From IMG/VR virus record IMGVR_UViG_3300021142_001794, positions 3,958 to 67,957 of that record: 64,000 nucleotides of DNA; one strand, 5' to 3'. The stretch comes from a virus. Position numbers and translations under genes: made by a program. This document shows, one piece after another, positions 47,601 to 56,682 of the stretch. Under the pieces are notes generated by a model that saw only the letters and a program-made list of their open reading frames with translations, ran no database searches and was not told the DNA's origin. Each line of letters begins with the position of its first letter. Position 1 is the stretch's first letter.

Positions 47601-49945
47601 TCTAGGGGGCTTTTAATTAAATGTTTCAACCCAGCAGAATCATCGGTTATATATTCCACCTCCCACTTTTCTAGTCCGCTATCAGAATAAAATATAGTGC
47701 CTATTGTAATTGCTGGAGTACTTTCGCTTACTCCTAATTCTGCTGCTGTAAAGTAATGCTTATTTTCTTTTTTGGTAGATGAAACAGGTTTTATTTCTAC
47801 TTCTAATTCATTGTAGTAGTTAGGGTTTTCTTTCAAGTGTTCCTCTATCATTTCTACGATAGCCTCTCCCTCGATATTTTCATCTATAATTTCGTGTAAA
47901 GTAGTTTCGTTTTCTTTGGTTTCTATTACTTTTTCTAATTCCCCTAACTTACTATCGGCTATTTCGTTTGGTTGTATTTCCATAGTTTCAATTTCATTTA
48001 TTGATAATTCACCCCCCTCTTTATACCTCTCATCAGGCTTATTACTATCATACACAACCTCATTTTGATTCATTATTATAAGGTGGTTGGCTTTCCTATA
48101 TTCATCCATCTTATTAATATCAAAATTTGATTTATGTCGTGGCATAGGATTATCCAAAACCGTTATTATTTGGTTCGCTAAATCTGCATAAGCTGCTGGT
48201 CTATACTTTTTGCCATCGACTTCGTAATCACCCGAATGACAGATATAATCCATGATTAGATTAATGTTGTATAAGCCCTTATACAACCCCTTACCTATTT
48301 CCTGCCCACCACTATTATATACAATAACTATAAGGCTTTTTTCATCATAGCTTTTAAGCACCAAACCATTTTTCTGTAAGTTATCAAAAGATAGGTCTAT
48401 TGCATGAAGTAAACCTCCGTCTTTATACTTTATCGGATACGCTTCCACACTTGCATCGGTCAAGCCCTTACCAAATATCTTGCAAGTAGCATTATACAAA
48501 TCTTGTTTATCATTTGAGTGTAAGCCTTGACCTTGTTCGGCAATGTATTTAATTAATTCATCGGGAGTGTTTTCCTTAGCAGATTGAAACAAGAAAGGAA
48601 CGTTTGTTTCTTTTAGTAGCGATAGGGATTTCTTAATTTGCGAATCGTGTATAGTGCCGCCCTCTTTAAACTCAACCCCACCACCCTCTTTATTAATCTT
48701 GCTCAAAACCTCTGTATTAGTCATTTTTTTGCCGTCAAAATTATGCTTAGTGATATTGTCAAGTGAAGCATCACGAGTAATAATTACGCTGCCTGATTTA
48801 ACGGGGATAGGTTCATTTAAGAGTGTACCGCCGTGTTCAAATTCTGTCATTTTACCTTTTAATTTTTCAATTTTCTTCTTAATATCGGAAATATATTTAA
48901 TCTTAATGGAAATATCCCTACTTAGTTTATCAGTTCCTTTTTGCTCTTCTATCAACTCTTTTTTAAAATTATCAACGTATTCTCTATATTCGCTTTCAGA
49001 TAGTCTTTTAGCAACGGGCATACCCTCTTTTTTGTTATCCTCATAGCTACTATCAAAAACGTGGGTGAATTGCGAATTTTCTTTTCTTGCCAACTTAAAA
49101 GCATCCGCATCGGATATTAACTTTCTCCTTTCAACTTCTTTTTTGTTTGCAGCTATTTCTTTATCATACCTTTCGATTACTTTCTCATTATACAAGATTT
49201 CCTCTAAAACCTTTTCGTTTTTCTTTTTTGTCTTTATTTTTTCTTCAATATTCTTTACTGCTAAATTAGTTTTGTTGTATGGCAAATTGGTATCAACCAA
49301 ATATCTGTAATGTCTTACTTGTATATTGTGTCCTCCAGCAATAATCATTTGAGTAGTAAGATAATATTTTTTATCCCCCCTTTTTATATTGGCGTATAAA
49401 ACAACTACACCCTTTTCTGTTTTAAAATAAGGCTCAATTATTTCATCTTCTCTTTCGAGATAATTACCCAATGCTTTAGTCAAATCATAGGTTAAATCAA
49501 GCCTTATAAATTGTTCTTCATTTTCGGATATTCTTTCTCCTTTCTTTTTTTTGGCTTCAATCCTTTCTTTTACTATTTTTTCAATTAAGGGTTCTGCTAA
49601 TTCTAATATTTCGTCAATCGAATTATAACCGCTTTTTGTTAGTTTGCCGCCTTTATCTAATACACCCCCTTCCTTCTTGATGCTTACACCCCCATATTTG
49701 CGATTAATCTTGTCTAGTATTTGTTTTGCCGTAAGTTGCTCACCATTGAATAAATGTTTCTTAGGATTATTAACGGCTTCGGGTACGACAATAGGTTCAG
49801 CATCTTCTACAAGGATATTAGTTTTGCCATCAACAGTTACGGGAATACCACCGCTAGGTGCGCTATGCCTATCTCCAATAAATATTCCGCCTTTACTGCC
49901 ATCAGTAGTAATACCCTCTTTAGTTTTTATATAGTTTTTTGGCAT
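44621..49945 (-). CDS. Large polyvalent protein with LPD1/zincin-like domain and xxGG motifs
   Basis: HETAHYID..YY.STKECFARCMEQY; duplicated N-terminal module; about 10 GG motifs. Confidence 0.75.
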   Translation of the reverse strand: MPKNYIKTKEGITTDGSKGGIFIGDRHSAPSGGIPVTVDGKTNILVEDAEPIVVPEAVNNPKKHLFNGEQLTAKQILDKINRKYGGVSIKKEGGVLDKGGKLTKSGYNSIDEILELAEPLIEKIVKERIEAKKKKGERISENEEQFIRLDLTYDLTKALGNYLEREDEIIEPYFKTEKGVVVLYANIKRGDKKYYLTTQMIIAGGHNIQVRHYRYLVDTNLPYNKTNLAVKNIEEKIKTKKKNEKVLEEILYNEKVIERYDKEIAANKKEVERRKLISDADAFKLARKENSQFTHVFDSSYEDNKKEGMPVAKRLSESEYREYVDNFKKELIEEQKGTDKLSRDISIKIKYISDIKKKIEKLKGKMTEFEHGGTLLNEPIPVKSGSVIITRDASLDNITKHNFDGKKMTNTEVLSKINKEGGGVEFKEGGTIHDSQIKKSLSLLKETNVPFLFQSAKENTPDELIKYIAEQGQGLHSNDKQDLYNATCKIFGKGLTDASVEAYPIKYKDGGLLHAIDLSFDNLQKNGLVLKSYDEKSLIVIVYNSGGQEIGKGLYKGLYNINLIMDYICHSGDYEVDGKKYRPAAYADLANQIITVLDNPMPRHKSNFDINKMDEYRKANHLIIMNQNEVVYDSNKPDERYKEGGELSINEIETMEIQPNEIADSKLGELEKVIETKENETTLHEIIDENIEGEAIVEMIEEHLKENPNYYNELEVEIKPVSSTKKENKHYFTAAELGVSESTPAITIGTIFYSDSGLEKWEVEYITDDSAGLKHLIKSPLDTQKESKELTFEQIKQLFDERLIQIHNITNDRELALALSLLKAHIKGESHHHKISKFKEGGEVDAKEAAKKFMESLSEEERENLLKDFGAALENLKNTYKQEVEKLETEKSNIKDRINEINKEEKGLAWDFKTEEGKLAIPKYKQLGEEKQELYADIKNLEVKIIHAKNVEKAVLKGGTISEFTDQKGTINDNIPSLLNVDTSVISFDEETILTDEMPAYIPYINEDVFRQKGYLFDAIRIAKDTYIVAVNGYQEKIGAKKEFIGRSVNLIGGRDAYTYEHGYVLVTLDQLVLLQDYYFTKAKAIKVKEADERNERSLAYYNQTPESARERILNQKGYYNYLPKEVQKKVTREQFEALDLAGKEALYKPYKRYNPERLKSQLDSHSMWTSFHFMYERFLDPTKVRTVNERGQFANSVVWEYWVKFREMMDFKIKDIKIQREVDNEQYKKALETSFGDINTNDILFAKYGILVKRQDGKMIDAIQVNQIENGWIALQKVYGNLSNIARADGMKISHTSNTNVFASKAVGVFVPKMKTIAVSAKHGNEMFESIFSHETAHYIDNHLGRLSGKRWATDDYEGKAGVLAFTFRKLMNVKSSSDYYNSTKECFARCMEQYFSVTTFSDDAKNVNKPYFLDDNYVSKKNFEETIKPLVEEFLSQTGFGAYVEEKKIEVVEPEQVKEENINEQSDAKLDLAENKIEVVEDINSDIPDYVKEKFKDKPTDTNFTFLKLKGNMLWRRDNSNGKIIEYGSAPKFQLPNDNKEEPHSYINKEMLENTFKTYNSASEAEKAKLLKQLKESMAMYPEQIKRYEAIENKNWAEEGSYVRLKTSYETGKEFLKEIEKEKPKFETPKEDYTVSINYWINHYDKELKSGKITKDNLLKKINSELSELNKVPKDERLDKYFKAKAISNALLKHYEVKKPVIKKATTKRVAKVKEVDNFNKGRSEKSLKSDSKRTALPAGKRVSSSGNTYYENRPNRADANPKTRLKKGGQI

Positions 49946-49952
49946 CTGTTTT

Positions 49953-50177
49953 TTATTTTGTTATTTGCTCTTCAATGAAGCAATATGTTACATGAATTAT
50001 AATCAATGTGTTTAATATAGGAATGTAAGGAAATATTTGCAACACGGTTATCATTGGGTCATAAATACCGTAGCCATATTTTTCTACCAATAACTCTAGT
50101 AATATTTCACGATTCTTTTCAATCCAAAAGAACGTAAATAATATACTTGCTAGATAAATCAATACAACGTAAATCAT
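49953..50177 (-). CDS. Small membrane protein
   Basis: YIPILN motif; paralog-like to 50174-50389. Confidence 0.55.
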   Translation of the reverse strand: MIYVVLIYLASILFTFFWIEKNREILLELLVEKYGYGIYDPMITVLQIFPYIPILNTLIIIHVTYCFIEEQITK

Positions 50178-50389
50178 TGCTTATTTTTTAATGTATCTTC
50201 AATAATGCAGACTAAATAAAATAGGTTCAATATTGGGATAAAAGAAACTATCTTTAATGTTTGAAACATTGATATTAAATGTGGTTGCTTTTTTATTATT
50301 GATTTCTTTAATCCATCGATAGTATAATAATTACAGCCTGTTGCAATTAAGCAATAACTTATTACAAATAGTATAATTATCTTTTCCAT
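50174..50389 (-). CDS. Small membrane protein
   Basis: FIPILN motif. Confidence 0.55.
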   Translation of the reverse strand: MEKIIILFVISYCLIATGCNYYTIDGLKKSIIKKQPHLISMFQTLKIVSFIPILNLFYLVCIIEDTLKNKQ

Positions 50390-50404
50390 ACAAAAAATAT
50401 TTCA

Positions 50405-50423
50405 CAAAAGTACATTAAATTTG
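50405..50423. promoter_or_regulatory. Back-to-back -7 elements
   Basis: TACTTTTG on minus (50405-50412) and TAAATTTG on plus (50416-50423) at the strand switch. Confidence 0.55.
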
Positions 50424-50672
50424 CTAATTATCAGAAATTCATTTATGAAGTGTAACAAACAAAAAATGACTAAGAAAGAAGCGGCTAGTTTCTTGAATTA
50501 TTTACAATCGCACAAAGGCAAAATACAGGACAAAAGAAAAGAAAAAAGATACTATCATTGTCCTATTTGTAATGCTTGGCACACTACGCAACTAGAAGAA
50601 CTGGAAACTAGAACTATTAGAGATGTAGAATTGACTTATAAACAGCAATGGGATAAGTTAATTAAAAAATAA
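50421..50672 (+). CDS. Zn-finger protein (start probably MKCNK)
   Basis: RYYHCPICNAWHTT. Confidence 0.65.
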   Translation: MLIIRNSFMKCNKQKMTKKEAASFLNYLQSHKGKIQDKRKEKRYYHCPICNAWHTTQLEELETRTIRDVELTYKQQWDKLIKK

Positions 50673-50673
50673 T

Positions 50674-50704
50674 TTTGATAATTGATGTATATAATATATA
50701 TTTG
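50674..50704 (+). promoter_or_regulatory. Bacteroidota -33/-7 promoter
   Basis: TTTG (50674-50677), 19 nt spacer, TATATTTG (50697-50704). Confidence 0.7.
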
Positions 50705-50717
50705 CATAATTATTAAT

Positions 50718-50789
50718 TGGGTTATGGTGTAATTGGTAACACGGGATGTTTTGGGCTTCTTATTAGTCGTTCAAGCCGACTTAACCCAA
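50718..50789 (+). tRNA. tRNA-Gln(TTG)
   Basis: TGGGTTA/TAACCCA acceptor, TT-TTG-GG loop, AGTCG-TTCAAGC-CGACT; weak anticodon stem. Confidence 0.75.
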
Positions 50790-50801
50790 CAAAGAAATAA
50801 T

Positions 50802-50978
50802 ATGAGTTTAACCCCCGAAGAAAAAAAGACTACACGGAAATTAATTGACATACCTAAGTGGGTAAAGCAAGAATTACAAATAGAAGCTATCAAAAGAAAT
50901 TATGATGGCTTAAAGCCTTATCTCGAATATATATTAAAAGAAAAAGCTAGGGAATTAAAAAACAGCAACAATGGCTAA
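50802..50978 (+). CDS. Ribbon-helix-helix-like regulator
   Basis: TRKLIDIP..VK.ELQ.EA....LK.YLE.IL. Confidence 0.55.
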   Translation: MSLTPEEKKTTRKLIDIPKWVKQELQIEAIKRNYDGLKPYLEYILKEKARELKNSNNG

Positions 50979-51975
50979 AATAATCTGCGAATATTGCAAG
51001 TATGGTATAATGGACAAGCAGGAGTGCGCTATTGGCGGATGGTCTGTTTGTGAAGGTGATTTATTCGTTGATAAAAGAATAGCCGAAGATGCTGCCAATT
51101 TTGCAAGGTTTGTAGATGAAAAGACGGGCAACGAAAATACCGCCTTACTTATCAACGAATCAACCACTATTACTTACGAACAACTATACGATATTTACGA
51201 TACTAAGCGTAATATATTGGAATCAACAATAGCTTTTCAAAAGAAGCCATTAAAGATAAATAGGAACAAATATTCGATAGTAATAAATGTAGGTCATGTT
51301 GACTATGCTCCTAAATCATTGGGGGACTTTTTGGCTTACAGTAAATTGCCTAGACTATTGAAAGAAAGTGGCTACAAGGCTGTTTATTTATCTTCATATA
51401 CGCCCTTTAGGAATAAAGGAATAGGCGAATTGATTATGCTTAATCCATATATTGATGGCATAGTGGATATTAAGCCAATGGATAATATCAATATTGATTT
51501 GCTGTTCAGAAACAACATAGAGAATCAGCGCAATATAATGGGATTAATACATGAGGCTTATGGTGTTGCAAATGATGAAATACTTGCACCAGATATTTAT
51601 TATAAGCCTCTTATGATAGACGAGTTTAGGAATTGTATTATTTACAACCCTAATTCAAATACTACTAATTGCGGCGTAAATTCAGTAAATGCTGCGCAAT
51701 GGTTTAAGGATAATAATATAAAAGTGGACTATCAAATAAAGCCCCGTGAAAGGCTTGCTGCAACGTTGCCAAATGTTCCTTTTATTGAAGTAAAAGATAT
51801 ATTCCATTGGATTGATGTAATGACAAGCGCAAAAGAAACTTATTCTTTGTTTACAGGTGATTTAGTATTGATGGCAGGATACGCTAGAAAACATAATTGT
51901 TTGTATTTAGAATCGGCAAAAGACCCTTGTTTTGATTTTTTTATATTTGATGATGTAAATTACATTGCAATATGA
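50971..51975 (+). CDS. Glycosyltransferase-like (GT-B/GT9-like) protein
   Basis: SLGDFL.YS.LPRLLK..NPYIDG. Confidence 0.5.
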   Translation: MAKIICEYCKYGIMDKQECAIGGWSVCEGDLFVDKRIAEDAANFARFVDEKTGNENTALLINESTTITYEQLYDIYDTKRNILESTIAFQKKPLKINRNKYSIVINVGHVDYAPKSLGDFLAYSKLPRLLKESGYKAVYLSSYTPFRNKGIGELIMLNPYIDGIVDIKPMDNINIDLLFRNNIENQRNIMGLIHEAYGVANDEILAPDIYYKPLMIDEFRNCIIYNPNSNTTNCGVNSVNAAQWFKDNNIKVDYQIKPRERLAATLPNVPFIEVKDIFHWIDVMTSAKETYSLFTGDLVLMAGYARKHNCLYLESAKDPCFDFFIFDDVNYIAI

Positions 51976-52090
51976 GTAAACTAAGTTGGTTTGATTGTAT
52001 TAAGTTGGCTGCAATAATTTTATTGTACGGTTATATTGAAACTAATAGTGTTGATACTATAATTAGCGATGTAAAAAAGTCTTTAAGATA

Positions 52091-52273
52091 ATGAAGGATA
52101 ATTTAATCATATTCTCGATAGTTTTACTTACGGTAATTATATCTACTGCAAATGAATTATACCAGCATTTTAAATATAATGATTTTGAGTGGCGTAATAT
52201 TGTAGGTCATGCTTTATTTGCACTATCGGTATCGACTTTAATTATTTACGGAATTATAGCACATATAAAATAG
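52091..52273 (+). CDS. Two-TM protein
   Basis: Hydrophobic. Confidence 0.5.
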   Translation: MKDNLIIFSIVLLTVIISTANELYQHFKYNDFEWRNIVGHALFALSVSTLIIYGIIAHIK

Positions 52274-52455
52274 GCATTTATGAGTAATAAAATAAGTAAA
52301 GAGTTTTACGATTATCTATTAAATGATTATTCGCAAGGTACGGTGGAACTAATTAAAGATGCAATTAGCGGATTTAATGGTGACATATTAGAAGTAGAGG
52401 AATGCTTTACAACTAAGAAGAACTTAGATATTGAAAACACAAAAAACAAACAATT

Positions 52456-52638
52456 ATGACACACACGCTACTTATTATCATTACAGTACTATTAGTATTG
52501 ATAGTCGTTTTCTTGTTCTTTGCAATAATGCAGAATAGTATATTTGAGCATAGGATTAAGGCACTAGAGGATGATAAAAACCCTCACAACTTTAGCCACC
52601 CAGCAACTAAAATTAATCCTAAATTCAATAAAGAATAA
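52456..52638 (+). CDS. Single-TM protein
   Basis: Hydrophobic N-terminus. Confidence 0.5.
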   Translation: MTHTLLIIITVLLVLIVVFLFFAIMQNSIFEHRIKALEDDKNPHNFSHPATKINPKFNKE

Positions 52639-52649
52639 AAGGCTTAATA

Positions 52650-53063
52650 ATGCGTTGCGATAGCTGCAAGTATTGGAATCGTAATGGTAAAAAGAATATT
52701 GGCAGTTGTGGGTTATTACAATCAAATAACGTTGGTATAAAGGCTTATCTATACAAAAACAGAAAAGATGTTTGCAAGGTATTTGATACTAAGGATGATT
52801 TCGGATGTGTAAACTATATATTTAAAAGCGGATATTTGATACCTTTCGAGGTGCATTATTTTAATGACATAATATCCAATAATAAATCTGACTATTGTAA
52901 AAGTAAAATAGTGATGGCTGTGGATGAATTGGAAGCGATAAAGAAAGTAGCATCGGAGTTATTAGGCGAAATAAGAATAATTGATTTAATGGGTGATAAG
53001 AAGTTTATAATAGCCACATTGAAGCAAATAGGATTTAATTACAGAAATATAAAACAAATATAA
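52650..53063 (+). CDS. Cys-rich hypothetical protein
   Basis: CDSCKYW..C..FGC. Confidence 0.6.
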   Translation: MRCDSCKYWNRNGKKNIGSCGLLQSNNVGIKAYLYKNRKDVCKVFDTKDDFGCVNYIFKSGYLIPFEVHYFNDIISNNKSDYCKSKIVMAVDELEAIKKVASELLGEIRIIDLMGDKKFIIATLKQIGFNYRNIKQI

Positions 53064-53064
53064 A

Positions 53065-53481
53065 ATGGCAACAGTAAAGCTACAAGGTAGAATCAAAAAG
53101 ATTAAAGAAACGGTAACTAGAACCGCAAATGACAAAGATTATAAGACAAGGGTATTCTGGTTGGAAGAAGTAAAAGACCAGTATCCGTCTGTATGGTCGC
53201 TAGAAACACAAGGAGAAAAGACATTGTTGTTGGATAGCCACAAAATAGGCGACTTGGTTGATTGCAACATTGACATAGTAGGACGTTCTTACACCAAAGA
53301 TGGCAAAGAGAATGTATTTAATTCGCTTAAATGCTTTAGTATATTCAAGGTTAACAGTCAACAACAATCAGCACCAGCACAACAGAAACAACAACCTATG
53401 CCACCTGCTGAAAAGGATTTGTCGCACTTGCCTGTAAGTAATATCTCATACGAAGATGCTAATTCGGACTTGCCATTTTGA
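53065..53481 (+). CDS. Single-stranded DNA-binding protein (DUF3127)
   Basis: OB-like core DQYP..GD.V..DI.GR..FNSL; acidic SDLPF tail. Confidence 0.85.
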   Translation: MATVKLQGRIKKIKETVTRTANDKDYKTRVFWLEEVKDQYPSVWSLETQGEKTLLLDSHKIGDLVDCNIDIVGRSYTKDGKENVFNSLKCFSIFKVNSQQQSAPAQQKQQPMPPAEKDLSHLPVSNISYEDANSDLPF

Positions 53482-53576
53482 TGTACGATTTCATTAAAAG
53501 CTTTATTATGAATACAGACTTTTTAAAAGGCATAGTAGTAGGAATGCTAATTATGGTAGTACTATCTATTCTATTA

Positions 53577-53632
53577 CGCACCTATCCCTTTTAGTACAGT
53601 GGTGAATAATTGTACTAAAATGGATAGGTGCG
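53577..53632. mobile_element. 56-bp MITE-like palindrome with the same IRs as 61322-62088
   Basis: CGCACCTATCCCTTTTAGTACA..TGTACTAAAATGGATAGGTGCG, 21 of 22 paired. Confidence 0.7.
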
Positions 53633-53671
53633 TTTAATATTACAAAACCCATTCTTTACATAACATTTAAT

Positions 53672-55054
53672 ATGAATAAAGTAAAACACATCCTTTGTAT
53701 GTTCGACTACGGTCATAAAGTCAATACGGGCTTTTCCAAACAGTCAACAGAAATAGTGAAAGCCATAAAGAGTGCTTACGGCAATAGTATAGAATTAGAT
53801 ATTGTGGCGGCTGGTTACGTTCCTGATGAGATATTCAAACTAATTGATGAAGGAATGACCGAGCAAGATTTGAACAATATAAAAGAACCTATCAAATCAA
53901 CTTCTATCTATACAGAACCCGATGGAACGAAGGTAATGAGTGCTGTATGGCATGAGGGCGCACCGAGAAGCATAAAGGACGAAAATGGAGAAGATAAGCC
54001 TTTTTTCTTGAAGTACAACGAAAGGGGTTTATATGGGCAACAGTTGTTTTGTGACTTATTGGAATACAACGCTGATTATAATTACGATGGCATATTCATT
54101 ATGCAAGATATGGGCGTTGTTCAGCCAATGATACCAGAGTTTAAGCGAATAAGGGAAAAGCTAAAGAAAGAAAACAAAAAGCAGTTCAAATCGGTTTTTT
54201 ATTTTCCCATTGATTGTGAACCACCAGTGAATGTTTGTACAGCCGATTTTCTTTTTTTTGACAAGCTAATCACTTTCACGGAATTTGGAAGAAACTCATT
54301 GTATAAAATACAGCCAGCCTTTAAAGGTAACGTCTCGATAATATCACACGGTATAAACACAAATATGTTTTATCGTGAAGAAGAATCGGTTGTGGCTGAA
54401 TTTAGGGAACACTATTTCAAAGAAAATGCCAATAAGTTTATTGTAGGCATTATCAACCGTAATCAATTTAGGAAGGATTTTCCTACTGCAATATTTTCTT
54501 TCCTTCGTGCTAGGGAATACGCCAAAGAGAAAGGATTGGATATACCAATGTTCCTTTATTTACATTGCTACCCCGTTGAAGCATTTGGATGGAACTTGCC
54601 TATGGTATTAGCGCAAGAGGGGTTAATAGAAGGCGTTGATTATGGCTTTCCGGATAAACCTATTAGGGAGATTGATAATAGCGTATTGAATATGATTTAC
54701 AATAGTATTGATTTGTATATCAGTACTTCATTGGGAGAGGGCTTTGGGTTGACTGCGATAGAATGTTTTGCGACTAAAACGCTAACTATTGTTCCTGATA
54801 ATACTGCTTATAGCGAACTTGTAGGCACTAGGAAAAACCCACGTTCTTTCTATTACGATATGGTTTACAAGGTTTGCGCTACACAAGATAATATCATTAG
54901 GTGGCAAGGTGATTATGAAGAGATAGGCGAATTGATAGTTGATATTAATGAGGCGGAAGCTAATAGGCGTATTAACAATGCTTATCAGTTTGTGAAAACA
55001 TTGTCTTGGGATAAGATAGGTAAATTATGGGCAGAAGTATTTAAGATATATTAA
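53672..55054 (+). CDS. GT4-family glycosyltransferase
   Basis: TGFS, HGIN, NRNQFRKD, YNSIDL..GEGFGL..EC. Confidence 0.85.
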   Translation: MNKVKHILCMFDYGHKVNTGFSKQSTEIVKAIKSAYGNSIELDIVAAGYVPDEIFKLIDEGMTEQDLNNIKEPIKSTSIYTEPDGTKVMSAVWHEGAPRSIKDENGEDKPFFLKYNERGLYGQQLFCDLLEYNADYNYDGIFIMQDMGVVQPMIPEFKRIREKLKKENKKQFKSVFYFPIDCEPPVNVCTADFLFFDKLITFTEFGRNSLYKIQPAFKGNVSIISHGINTNMFYREEESVVAEFREHYFKENANKFIVGIINRNQFRKDFPTAIFSFLRAREYAKEKGLDIPMFLYLHCYPVEAFGWNLPMVLAQEGLIEGVDYGFPDKPIREIDNSVLNMIYNSIDLYISTSLGEGFGLTAIECFATKTLTIVPDNTAYSELVGTRKNPRSFYYDMVYKVCATQDNIIRWQGDYEEIGELIVDINEAEANRRINNAYQFVKTLSWDKIGKLWAEVFKIY

Positions 55055-55056
55055 CT

Positions 55057-55689
55057 ATGATAGATAACTACGAAATATTACATAACGGCGTAATAAAGCA
55101 GATTGACACGACTAATAAAATAAAGTACGATGTTGATTATATCAGTACATATAACTCCGAAGGATACGCCGAAAAAGGGTTATATATGTCCGGGCTTAGG
55201 CTTGGTTATTTATTAGGGAATATTAAAAAGCCAATCAAAAGTATATTGGACGTTGGATATGGGAACGGCGACTTTTTGAAGTTGTGCAGTATGGGTATTA
55301 AAGATTGCAACGGTCACGATATTTCAAATTACCCATTGCCAGAGGGTGTTAAGTTCGTTGATAATATTACAGATAGGCATTACGATGTTATTTGCTTTTT
55401 TGATGTGCTGGAGCATTTTGATGATATTACTATCGTTAAAGACTTGGATTGCGACTACGTTTATATCAGCGTTCCTTTTTGCCATAACATTTCCGATGAA
55501 TGGTTTAAAAATTGGAAGCATCGCAAAGAAAACGAGCATTTATGGCATTTTAATAATGATTCATTAGAAAGGTTCTTTTGGGAAATGGGATATATGACTA
55601 TCTTTATGGGTAATATAGAGGATATAATTAGAAATCCAGCAGATGAATTGCCCAATATTTTAACAGCAATTTTTAAAAAGAGAAGATAA
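55057..55689 (+). CDS. Class I SAM-dependent methyltransferase
   Basis: ILDVGYGNG, FFDVLEH, EHLWHF. Confidence 0.85.
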   Translation: MIDNYEILHNGVIKQIDTTNKIKYDVDYISTYNSEGYAEKGLYMSGLRLGYLLGNIKKPIKSILDVGYGNGDFLKLCSMGIKDCNGHDISNYPLPEGVKFVDNITDRHYDVICFFDVLEHFDDITIVKDLDCDYVYISVPFCHNISDEWFKNWKHRKENEHLWHFNNDSLERFFWEMGYMTIFMGNIEDIIRNPADELPNILTAIFKKRR

Positions 55690-55728
55690 AGTATATATAA
55701 TATACATAAATACACTAACTTTGCTGTA

Positions 55729-55926
55729 ATGAATTTAGTAGAAATAACAGAAAGGTTTCCAACCGAGTTATCCTGCATTGAATATGCAGAAAAGATAAGA
55801 TTTGGAGATACTATTAAATGTGCCTACTGTGGTTCTACTAATTTATCCAAAAGAAATAAGGATTTAAGGCATCTATGCCTTAACTGTAAAGTATCTGCCA
55901 AATTATGTTTCAGAAGCTGTTTTTAA
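55729..55926 (+). pseudogene. IS1595-family transposase N-terminal Zn-ribbon remnant
   Basis: FPTE..C..Y....R....CAYCGS..CLNC; DDE domain absent. Confidence 0.75.
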
Positions 55927-56079
55927 ATACAACAATAGAAAAGATGATAATATGTTTGATATACTAATGACGAATGCTTTTAAGACGCTATAAAAATAGG
56001 GTAAATCCAATTAATGGATGATTCCGATTATTTGGCACATAATTAGCTACCATTACTGCATAACTAAAAAATTAATAAA

Positions 56080-56622
56080 ATGAAAAAGATTCTTTTCTCG
56101 ATTGCAACTATCGCAATCATCGGTTTAACAAGTTGTAGTAAACAAGTGGAAGTGTCATCACCTTATCATGTAGGCGAGTACTTGAACGGCGGTTTAGTAG
56201 CATACAATGACCCAACGGGGCAGCATGGTTTACTTAGTAGTGGTGTTGATTTAGCTTCTTATGCACCATTTTCGGTAAGTAAACTAAATGTACAAACAAG
56301 CACAATGTACGGTACGGGAGCGGATAACACGCTTGCGATACTTAACCAATCACGTTTTGATGGTGATTTCTATGCCGCCTATTGGACTACGCTTTACATA
56401 TCTGGCACTAATGAGTGGTATTTACCATCTAAAGATGAATTGAATATTATCTACCTTAATAAATCAAAATTGAATTGGCATCAAAATAAATGGACAAGTA
56501 TTTATCAAAGTTCAAGCGTAGATGAAAATGGTAATGTTTGGGTTCAAGATTTTAATACAGGAAAGCAGTTTACACAAGGTCAATTAGATAGTGCTGCCGT
56601 AAGGGCAGTAAAGCAGTTTTAG
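56080..56622 (+). CDS. Lipoprotein with DUF1566/Lcl-like domain
   Basis: LTSC lipobox; WYLPSKDEL..SS..VRAVKQF. Confidence 0.75.
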   Translation: MKKILFSIATIAIIGLTSCSKQVEVSSPYHVGEYLNGGLVAYNDPTGQHGLLSSGVDLASYAPFSVSKLNVQTSTMYGTGADNTLAILNQSRFDGDFYAAYWTTLYISGTNEWYLPSKDELNIIYLNKSKLNWHQNKWTSIYQSSSVDENGNVWVQDFNTGKQFTQGQLDSAAVRAVKQF

Positions 56623-56682
56623 ATATGGTGTAATTATATCTTTATTTGTGATTAATCCTTGCCAATCTTGGTAAGGATTTTT

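Noticed and set aside
42539-49978. Many plus-strand ORFs of 60-130 aa
   Set aside because: Antisense shadows of the two long minus-strand genes.
50733-50801. N-terminal extension of ORF 50733-50978
   Set aside because: Overlaps tRNA-Gln; the ATG at 50802 is more plausible.
56080-56622. Diversity-generating retroelement target (DUF1566-like C-terminus)
   Set aside because: No reverse transcriptase or template repeat seen in the window.
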